DNA from: Escherichia phage kaset
Reading direction: 5' to 3' (one strand)
Length of the DNA stretch: 64,000 nucleotides
Sequence record: PV245935.1
Both the position numbers and the translations under genes were made by a program. Position 1 is the first letter of the stretch. The number at the start of each line of letters is the position of its first letter. This document shows, one piece after another, positions 56,738 through 64,000 of this stretch. The notes under the pieces were generated by a model. The model ran no database searches, had not been told where the DNA came from, and saw nothing but the letters and a program-made list of their open reading frames with translations.

Positions 56738-57022
56738 TTACGCTTCGACGAGGGAGAAGGTCTCAAATTCTTCTTCGCCCATAACGAGTAAAATATTACC
56801 GATTTCGACCGCTTCGAAGAAGTATCCGTTAACGTTTACTTCGAAGGCTTCGCGGTCCGATTCCGGTAACGCCGCGTAAAGTTTAAAAGCTTCGGCGACC
56901 GTTACCCCACCCGCTTCGATAGTTTGGTCTACGTTCGCGGCGTAGACTTCGGATAAATTTTGTTTTACGCCGTAGTTCTCGACGATAGCGTTACGGATAG
57001 AAGAAACGTTAAGAATAGCCAT
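56738..57022 (-). CDS. Small protein, member of paralog family (with 57655..57945)
   Basis: Shared pattern SEVYAANVDQTIE / ESVYLSNVDAIIE and VNGYF..EIG / INGFV..EIG. Confidence 0.55.
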   Translation of the reverse strand: MAILNVSSIRNAIVENYGVKQNLSEVYAANVDQTIEAGGVTVAEAFKLYAALPESDREAFEVNVNGYFFEAVEIGNILLVMGEEEFETFSLVEA

Positions 57023-57245
57023 TTTAAACTCCTAGTTGGGAGAGGCGTTAACGACCTATTCGTTAACTCATCCCGTCCCGATATGAGTACATTATAATAT
57101 AGTGTAGAAAAAAGTAAAGCACTTTTTCGATAAAAATGCGATAAATTATTTTATCTTTTTTCTTTACTTCTTCGTACACTCGCGTATACTTGTTTATATC
57201 GAGACGGGCGATGGCCTTTCTTCTACTATCATCGGGAGCTTTATT

Positions 57246-57548
57246 ATGACTACTTTAATCTCTTCCATCCTTACTTACGACGAAGACCGTTTAACCGTTC
57301 GCTCTCTTATCGCCGCCGTTAACGCGGAACTAGAATCTAGCGCCATTAAGGTCCGCGCTTTCGTCTTCGCTAGTCTTTCCTTCGACGAAATTAAATACGC
57401 CGAACGTAGCGCCATCCGCTTCGCGAAGACCGACGACGAAGCCGTTACCCTTATCGAGACGGTTACGCCGCGCGGCGAAGCGTTAATTATCGTCGAGTAT
57501 ATCGACGTAGAAGGCGATAAATCTTATAAATATTTTATCGCAGAATAA
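57246..57548 (+). CDS. Small protein, possible distant paralog; flanked by 16-bp inverted repeats
   Basis: Preceded by promoter-like module; inverted repeats GTAAAGCACTTTTTCG (57114-57129) and CGAAAAAGTGCTTTAC (57549-57564). Confidence 0.5.
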   Translation: MTTLISSILTYDEDRLTVRSLIAAVNAELESSAIKVRAFVFASLSFDEIKYAERSAIRFAKTDDEAVTLIETVTPRGEALIIVEYIDVEGDKSYKYFIAE

Positions 57549-57654
57549 CGAAAAAGTGCTTTACTTCTTCGTACACTAAGACTATACTTATTTATATCGA
57601 GAGGGGAGAGGAAGCGAATAGGTCGCTACCCTCCCGACTAACTAGGAGAATATT

Positions 57655-57945
57655 ATGATCACTTTATCCGCTATCCGTTCCGCTCGCGTCGAAACTTCCG
57701 AAAACTCTAACATATTTGGCGAAACCTTAGAGAGCGTTTATCTCTCTAACGTCGACGCGATTATCGAGTCTATTTATGAGCCGATCAACTTCCTCGACCT
57801 TTACAAGTATCGCGACGAGGACATCGTATCCTGCCGCGTAACGATTAACGGCTTCGTCTATACGATTACCGAAATCGGCGGCGAATATATCGCTGTACCG
57901 CAACTCGGCGGAGAAGTGACTTATTTTAAAATCGTCTCCTTATAA
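57655..57945 (+). CDS. Small protein, member of paralog family (with 56738..57022)
   Basis: RBS AGGAGA; preceded by duplicated promoter-like module. Confidence 0.55.
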   Translation: MITLSAIRSARVETSENSNIFGETLESVYLSNVDAIIESIYEPINFLDLYKYRDEDIVSCRVTINGFVYTITEIGGEYIAVPQLGGEVTYFKIVSL

Positions 57946-57963
57946 TACCCTTCCGTTACTAAT

Positions 57964-57990
57964 AGGCCGCGCTTAGTCGCGGCTTTTCTT
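57964..57990 (+). terminator. Rho-independent terminator candidate
   Basis: GGCCGCG-CTTAGT-CGCGGC hairpin followed by TTTTCTTCG. Confidence 0.5.
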
Positions 57991-58642
57991 CGTCCCTATC
58001 TCGATGCGCTTCTCCGCGAAAACTCCTTTATTCTTCCCTTCGTCGTCTCATAATCTTCTTCGAGATGCTCCTTAGTTCGCATAACGGGTATTACGTTAAA
58101 TGGAGAACATCGCGTAAGTCCTTGTTTTATATAGACACCTATATCGGACCGTTAAGGCGGGTCGCGTAAGTCGTTGTTTTATAAAGGCGCAAAACTTTCC
58201 CTTCGTTCCGAACTAAAACGAGAAATATGCGGACCCTTCGCCCGAAAATAGTACGCATACGAAATTACCGACATCTAAAATAATCCCCGCCTATATTATC
58301 CTACACGCAATCATTAGCCTTCGAATCATTATGCTTCATATTATTATGCATCGAATCATTCGCTTTCGAATTGTAACGCTGGAAACTGTAACGGCGATTG
58401 ATTATTGCGTTCGTGTGGTTTTTAGGGCATGGGTCTTTTGGTGCGTTTTGGTACTTGATGAAATTTGCAGTACACTAATCAAAATATGACACATTTGGTC
58501 CACTAACTTTTCAAAGAAAAAGTCCTAGACAGTACCGTACTATTTTGTGCCCACAGTAAATTTGCAGTACACTCCTGCGCGGCAGGCAAAATAAAGGGCC
58601 GCCACAGCGACCCACGATTCACGGTTAAATCAGCAACACCCA

Positions 58643-59023
58643 CTATTCACTCTTATGGGCATCACCAAAGCCATCCGCAATCTGGCTGATCAATGATTCA
58701 ATGGACACAGTTTTACCAATTGATCGAGCGGTAATAGCAAGCATATTATCAATCAAACCATGATTGGCTGCATATGGTCCAGGTTGTGAATCATCTTCAG
58801 AACAACCAAAAAGCTGATCGCGAAGACTTTCAAGAGAACGCTCAATATTTTCCAGCTTCTCTTCTAAATCGGATTGGCGACGTAAAACCCATGTTAAGTC
58901 TCGGTTGCCGACTTCCAACCCATCAGAATCGCAAGCTGGAACGTCAATTTTGATACTGCCACCAAAGGCCATTCCGCTGCCTTTAGTATACGCGTGGTGA
59001 ATAGAATCATTTTTATTCGACAT
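58643..59023 (-). CDS. Hypothetical protein
   Basis: ATG 59023 preceded by AAAGGT; upstream in-frame ATG at 59038 lacks RBS. Confidence 0.45.
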   Translation of the reverse strand: MSNKNDSIHHAYTKGSGMAFGGSIKIDVPACDSDGLEVGNRDLTWVLRRQSDLEEKLENIERSLESLRDQLFGCSEDDSQPGPYAANHGLIDNMLAITARSIGKTVSIESLISQIADGFGDAHKSE

Positions 59024-59096
59024 ATCATTACCTTTCATGAGGGTGATTAACTTAATTTATAATAAAGCCGCATTGCGCGGCATTCAAATCGGTTTA

Positions 59097-59345
59097 TTAA
59101 TTGTAACGATTGGATTCATCAATCGATACCAACTGTACTGGGTCGCCGGATACGGTCGCACCAATGATGCCCATCTGCTGAAAGAACTCTGAATAAACTT
59201 CCTTCCAGTACTTACGCGCTGCTTTCTGGGCTTGTCCTTTGCGCTTGAAGCTTTTACCTTGAAAGATGAAACGGTCGCTTGCCGCGCGATACTCCACCAC
59301 ACCTTCCAGCCATTGTAAGAATGCTACTGATTCATTTTGATTCAT
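59097..59345 (-). CDS. Hypothetical small protein
   Basis: Track ORF. Confidence 0.45.
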   Translation of the reverse strand: MNQNESVAFLQWLEGVVEYRAASDRFIFQGKSFKRKGQAQKAARKYWKEVYSEFFQQMGIIGATVSGDPVQLVSIDESNRYN

Positions 59346-59352
59346 GTTAACC

Positions 59353-59748
59353 TCAATATTTTAATAAGAAAGCACCCAACCAACTTTCCTCAACCTCGCG
59401 CCCAGTAGCCACACGGTCGGTCTTTGCTATGGGTCTGGATTCGCCGCAGGGCAATCCGTCTTGCAATTGTGTACTATTGCCAATTCTCACCATAACCTTT
59501 CCATCAGGGTCGATATAAGCACGGCAACCCATGATTTCGAGTCGTTGTAGACACTGGCGAATCGTTTTCAGCCTTTCACCGGACCGGATAGAGCGCAGTC
59601 GCGACCTCTGACCGTTCTTGTTCACTGTACGCTTAACAACCGGAATCTCATTGGTGCGTTGCGCTTTCGGTCGGTAGTATGCTTCTTCGCCAGGAGTCGC
59701 ACCTGGCGTCAATTCGCGCTTGAGCGCCTTTTCAATATCGATGATCAT
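59353..59748 (-). CDS. Hypothetical basic protein
   Basis: Track ORF, Arg/Lys-rich. Confidence 0.45.
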   Translation of the reverse strand: MIIDIEKALKRELTPGATPGEEAYYRPKAQRTNEIPVVKRTVNKNGQRSRLRSIRSGERLKTIRQCLQRLEIMGCRAYIDPDGKVMVRIGNSTQLQDGLPCGESRPIAKTDRVATGREVEESWLGAFLLKY

Positions 59749-59842
59749 GATTCATGCCGCTGCAGCGTGGATGATTACGTAAACGATGCCAAATAGTGCG
59801 GCAATACACACCGTGCCCCAAAATGCAAAGCGTCGTGACTCT

Positions 59843-60139
59843 TTATCCATTAGAACTTTCTCCGCATGACATGTAATTCACGATTAATGTCGCGATGTCA
59901 TCTTGTGAAACGACACTGTAGTGCTTAGGCAAATTTCCTTCTGACAATGCTTTCTGGGCTTTTTCTGCTGTCTCAAACAAAGGGATGCACCAATTAACTG
60001 CGTCGCCAGAATCATTGCTATCAACTTGTTTCAAGAAAACCAAGCGGTTGTCTTCAGGATCAATTCCGCAAATCAAGTATTTAGGCAACGCTTTTGCTTT
60101 TTGGGCCTTATCGATGTCTTCGAATTTCATTTCACTCAC
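59843..60139 (-). CDS. Hypothetical small protein
   Basis: Track ORF immediately downstream of fiber gene. Confidence 0.45.
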   Translation of the reverse strand: MSEMKFEDIDKAQKAKALPKYLICGIDPEDNRLVFLKQVDSNDSGDAVNWCIPLFETAEKAQKALSEGNLPKHYSVVSQDDIATLIVNYMSCGESSNG

Positions 60140-60213
60140 CTCACTTGTTAACGTATAATGAGTATAACTTAATAGCGCATAAAGTAAAGGCGCTTTTCAG
60201 CGCCTTGAGTGAA

Positions 60214-62586
60214 TTATTTTGCTGCTTTCAGCGCGGCTATCTCTGTCTCTAAAGATTCGACCTTCTTCATCAACTCCTGTACAACGTGCATCGTATCCAA
60301 AAGCATAGGTGTTGTGTCAAGTTGTTTTTGCTCAACTTCGACACCTTCACTCGGATAGAATTTAATCGTTTTAACATACAACGGGTCAATAGTCTCTGCC
60401 TGTTGAGCGATAATTCCCCTTCTCACCCTTTCCTTTTCATCATTGTTGTAGATGAACGTTACATACTCCAGAGATGAAAGGTTGCTCCATGCTTTTTCTA
60501 CCGTTCCTGGTTGTATGTCATGCTTCAAATTCTCATCAGAGATAGCATTCTTTTGAAGAGTGAAGAAGCTGTCAGAGCCTGGAACGGATACTGAAAAGAA
60601 TACGTCCTCTACGTTAGGCTGGATTTGCATCTTTGTTTGATACTTTGCATCATCATCACCAGAAGCAATCCACGTAGCTTGCGCAAAACTTCCATTGTTG
60701 TTGTGAATCATGCCATGGTGAACAGTAGTTGCGTATCCTGTATTAACAGATTGACTACCGCTGATAAGGCTGTTGAAACCATAGTTCTGACCAAGACCCT
60801 GACGAACCATCGAGAAGGTGCCTGACTTTGATCCTGTCTCAGCCCATGACATCAATGTTCCGTAACGTGCTGCAAATCGGTCAGACCATAATAGACCGTC
60901 ATCCGTCAAGCTGATGTCTTTTTCTTTACCTGCAGTGACATTTTTTACTGATAATTGAGTTGAATATGTACCGCCAATCGTTGCTGATGTGTAAACCGTT
61001 CCTTGCGCTTCGATGGAAGTTCCAATCTTGTATTCTGCGCTTACTTTTCCTGATTCAACTCTCGTACCGTCTATCGGTCTGGTGGCGTCACCGTTGATAA
61101 CACTCCAAGACGTTTTCGCGGCAACAAATCCACCCGATGCACGAATCACCCAAACGCCTGAGAAGTTGCGAGGCAGCACTTCATCCGTTGCAAGGTTATT
61201 ACGACCGTAAGCTGGACTTGAGTTTGAAGCTCTTAGTGTGATGCTGCCCAAAGAGTTTGCACCGGAACTTAAAAGTGATACCCCACGAACATATCGCGGA
61301 ATGGTGAATCCTTCTCCATTGACGAATGCACCGCCAGCACCTGCGACAACCGTTCCTGATGCTGGCTCACTGGCAGGGCCGGACCCGTGGAAGTTGATGT
61401 TGCCAGTAATGTTTGGTAGGAAGGATTCCATTATCATTCCGTCATTTGACGAGTTTCCGCCATCGCCACGGGCAAAAAGTGCACGAACACTTCCCGTTTG
61501 AACGCCGTTCCTGTCCGGTACGCGGAATGTTGTTGTGCCGTTGCCCAATGAATACTTGCCGCGCTTCAATGGGTCTGCAAGCCAGTCAGCGTCAGCAATA
61601 GGTGAAAGCATTTGCGCATACGCCCAAAGCTCAGGCCAGTCCGCACGGTTTAACAGTTGTCCATCGGCAACGACTTCATAAGGTTGAATATAAGCACGAC
61701 TATCACGTAAGTGGAAATCACCTACACCATAGTTCATGACTCCATTCATGCTTGGGCCAACGGTGCCTGTGTTTATCAAGTTCTCGACCCAACGCTTGGT
61801 AGTTGCATCATAATCGTTAACGGGGTCGCCTGCAAGTGGCGTTGATCCTTGAGGGCGTATGTTCAGCCATGCTTGCGCATTATCCCCTGAGCCTGTTCCG
61901 CCCATGGAAGTTGGAACAATGTTTTGATCAGCAACTTGACCAAATCCAAAAGCAGTCTTCATGCCTTGAATGGTGGTTTGACCCGTTCCACCGTTTGACA
62001 CTGGCACTATTCCGCCTGAGTTGAATTCACTGTACCAAGGTGACCATTCAACTCCATTATATGTCCTTCTGTATTCAGTTTTTGAACTGTATGGGTGATA
62101 CTTCTGAATACAATCACTTGCTGAATTGGCTGGAACTTGGAACACTTCAAGAACACCAGCTTGCTGAATGGGATAATTAAGCACTGGAGATGCTTGAGAA
62201 TCACTTCTTTGATAGTACTGACCGAACCAAGGACCAGTAAGCGCATCAAGATTAATTCCTGAAGGGATTGGACCGAAATTCCTGATTGTTCCTGCCAAAA
62301 GCGCGGCAGTGGTTCGAATGGAAAGAAGGTCACCAGCCGCCCATGCACGTGCCGCAGTCCCTTCCTGTGCACGCTGCACGGTTAGTACGTTGCCAACAAC
62401 GGCTGTTACTGTGACGATTTCGAATTGGAGGCCTGTTGCAGCGTCGACGATTGTCGCCACTACTTGCTCGTTTGCAGCCAAGGTCGGAAAGCCCGACCCT
62501 GAGCGGATTGTAATTGTGGTGTCTGAAGTCGTCGTTGGTTGAGCCAGCGCGACCTCAAAGTTGTTTTTGAATATTAGCCTTGGCAT
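60214..62586 (-). CDS. Tail fiber/tailspike protein with C-terminal intramolecular chaperone-like (S74-type) domain
   Basis: 790 aa; GAGGA RBS; SDENLK motif (Ser-Lys spacing as in self-cleaving fiber chaperone domains) about 108 aa from C-terminus, then coiled-coil tail. Confidence 0.6.
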   Translation of the reverse strand: MPRLIFKNNFEVALAQPTTTSDTTITIRSGSGFPTLAANEQVVATIVDAATGLQFEIVTVTAVVGNVLTVQRAQEGTAARAWAAGDLLSIRTTAALLAGTIRNFGPIPSGINLDALTGPWFGQYYQRSDSQASPVLNYPIQQAGVLEVFQVPANSASDCIQKYHPYSSKTEYRRTYNGVEWSPWYSEFNSGGIVPVSNGGTGQTTIQGMKTAFGFGQVADQNIVPTSMGGTGSGDNAQAWLNIRPQGSTPLAGDPVNDYDATTKRWVENLINTGTVGPSMNGVMNYGVGDFHLRDSRAYIQPYEVVADGQLLNRADWPELWAYAQMLSPIADADWLADPLKRGKYSLGNGTTTFRVPDRNGVQTGSVRALFARGDGGNSSNDGMIMESFLPNITGNINFHGSGPASEPASGTVVAGAGGAFVNGEGFTIPRYVRGVSLLSSGANSLGSITLRASNSSPAYGRNNLATDEVLPRNFSGVWVIRASGGFVAAKTSWSVINGDATRPIDGTRVESGKVSAEYKIGTSIEAQGTVYTSATIGGTYSTQLSVKNVTAGKEKDISLTDDGLLWSDRFAARYGTLMSWAETGSKSGTFSMVRQGLGQNYGFNSLISGSQSVNTGYATTVHHGMIHNNNGSFAQATWIASGDDDAKYQTKMQIQPNVEDVFFSVSVPGSDSFFTLQKNAISDENLKHDIQPGTVEKAWSNLSSLEYVTFIYNNDEKERVRRGIIAQQAETIDPLYVKTIKFYPSEGVEVEQKQLDTTPMLLDTMHVVQELMKKVESLETEIAALKAAK

Positions 62587-62624
62587 TTTACGGTCCTCGT
62601 TTTGTCGACAACCGTATTATAACC

Positions 62625-62966
62625 TTAATTTCTTTTGAGAGGAATATGACGGTTACTGTCATTATTTGGTTTAATAATGAGCATAAAAACGATTAGAAAG
62701 ATGATGGCTGATATACTTAATTCAATCAGCGCGGCCTGAGATATGGATTGATCTTCATGATATTGCTTTTGCATTTCCGCTTTCTTCTGAGCGCAAACTT
62801 CAGGTGATATATAATCGCCTTTTGAGTTGCCATAATAAATCTCGCCATTCTCAGAAATAAGTCTGCCGCAAATATCCGTATCGGCCTTTGCGCTTGACAT
62901 CATAATAACGGTGCCGATGATAGCAGCGATTGTCCAGATTAGCAGTTGTGATAAAGTGTTGTTCAT
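62625..62966 (-). CDS. Membrane protein, hypothetical
   Basis: N-terminal and C-terminal hydrophobic segments (LLIWTIAAIIGTVIMM; AIIFLIVFMLII). Confidence 0.5.
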   Translation of the reverse strand: MNNTLSQLLIWTIAAIIGTVIMMSSAKADTDICGRLISENGEIYYGNSKGDYISPEVCAQKKAEMQKQYHEDQSISQAALIELSISAIIFLIVFMLIIKPNNDSNRHIPLKRN

Positions 62967-63161
62967 GATAACCTCTTTAATTCCCTTCCCGATATGGGAA
63001 GGGTGAATATTATTTTACGCGAAAGAATAAGCGCGTGCCACACAGCGAGTCCCAACGGCCCTCACCGTCCCATATCGACCCAACACCAGCGGTGATTGGG
63101 CCAGCAGAATTGGCGGCATTGGCCCAGGCGAGTCGTTTCAGCTTCCAACTGCACCAACGAT

Positions 63162-63425
63162 TCACAGTTCACCTCCAGATTGCAAAACAAGTCCCGCATA
63201 GAGGATTGCTAGAGCTAAAGGCGTTCCGCTTCCATAATTTCTGTTTTCTTTGATCTGAATTGTGTCTTTTAAGAATTGCAACTGGACGTTGAATTCATTT
63301 TCAATTCCAAGAACTCCAGCCAATTCCTTCACAGAATCTGCATATGCCTTGTCTAGAACTGCTTTTGGTAATGTCAAAGTCAATTCACTTGCCATTTTCT
63401 TTCCACTCCACAAATGTGCTGCCAC
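63162..63425 (-). CDS. Hypothetical small protein
   Basis: Track ORF. Confidence 0.4.
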   Translation of the reverse strand: MAAHLWSGKKMASELTLTLPKAVLDKAYADSVKELAGVLGIENEFNVQLQFLKDTIQIKENRNYGSGTPLALAILYAGLVLQSGGEL

Positions 63426-63606
63426 TTGTTTCTCTGTTTAGCAGATACCTGCCGCGCATTCCGTGAAGGCTGAACTCAGCCGTCGATGGATTAGATTTTG
63501 AAAGCCACATCGCTTGACCGTCAAAAGGTCCGCCGATGCATATGTATTTGGCCTTTGGCTCACTCCTTTTGGGTCGCTTTGCCCGCTCTTTGATTGATAG
63601 TCTCAT
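63385..63606 (-). CDS. Hypothetical small protein
   Basis: Track ORF. Confidence 0.4.
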   Translation of the reverse strand: MRLSIKERAKRPKRSEPKAKYICIGGPFDGQAMWLSKSNPSTAEFSLHGMRGRYLLNRETSGSTFVEWKENGK

Positions 63607-63821
63607 CAGTCTTCACCTTGAGATTCCAGACAAGTAAGAACAAGCCATGTCATCGGAAGAATCAAAACCAGAGAAATAAGTGACCAAATGGACCAACATA
63701 AGATGACAGACTTGAATGTGTGAACGTTGCCAAACACAGCAGTGAAACAAAATCCCATCACGAAAGCAAGCGCGGTGGAGTGGTTATCAATGGCTTTGAT
63801 GGCGCGGTCGATAAGTTTCAT
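63606..63821 (-). CDS. Small membrane protein, hypothetical
   Basis: Two hydrophobic segments; ATGA overlap with downstream gene. Confidence 0.45.
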   Translation of the reverse strand: MKLIDRAIKAIDNHSTALAFVMGFCFTAVFGNVHTFKSVILCWSIWSLISLVLILPMTWLVLTCLESQGED

Positions 63822-63893
63822 ATTACCTCCGGTTTTGAGTTAATATGATTATAACGCAGAGTTTAAGAAAGGCAAACTTTTTGTGAATTTAAA

Positions 63894-63923
63894 TTAAAAA
63901 AAATGGCCAGAAAGAATCTGGCC
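63894..63923 (-). terminator. Rho-independent terminator on - strand
   Basis: GGCCAG-AAAGAAT-CTGGCC hairpin followed on - strand by T8. Confidence 0.5.
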
Positions 63924-64000
63924 GAAAAGATCACCCTTTATCCACTACTAAGCTGGAATCATAATTTTACTTGATATAGCTGTCGCAAGCAAACTATAAT

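Noticed and set aside
1-64000. tRNA, rRNA genes
   Set aside because: No cloverleaf-type conserved elements recognised by eye in the intergenic gaps; a dedicated tRNA scan was not possible.

Overview
The window reads as a 64 kb segment of a tailed dsDNA phage genome, densely coded and organised in strand-switching modules. (1) 1-24.5 kb, + strand: late structural module (MuF-like head morphogenesis protein, scaffold-like and capsid candidates, sheath-like and two paralogous tube-like proteins, tape measure with a lytic transglycosylase domain, baseplate proteins, a tail fiber with a His-rich HxH tip, GH19-type endolysin). (2) 24.5-42.3 kb, - strand: replication and nucleotide metabolism (ligase-like, MazG-like, embedded Rz/Rz1-like spanin pair, SNF2 helicase, VRR-NUC nuclease, DnaE-type polymerase with DnaQ-like exonuclease, Dda-like helicase) enclosing a cluster of small-molecule enzymes (VOC, SDR, HAD, ThyX-like, FAD/NAD-binding oxidoreductase). 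(3) 42.4-54.3 kb, + strand: PrimPol-like primase, P-loop NTPase and about 25 small early-type genes. (4) 54.3-58.6 kb: repeat-rich regulatory region with an iteron-like module homologous to one at 2.5-2.9 kb, an array of ATTTGCACTAT motifs, and a CpG-rich block carrying paralogous small genes. (5) 58.6-63.8 kb, - strand: small genes and a second tail fiber with a self-cleaving chaperone-like C-terminus. No rRNA, tRNA or CRISPR array was recognised. All product calls rest on motifs read by eye from the supplied translations; no database search was run.
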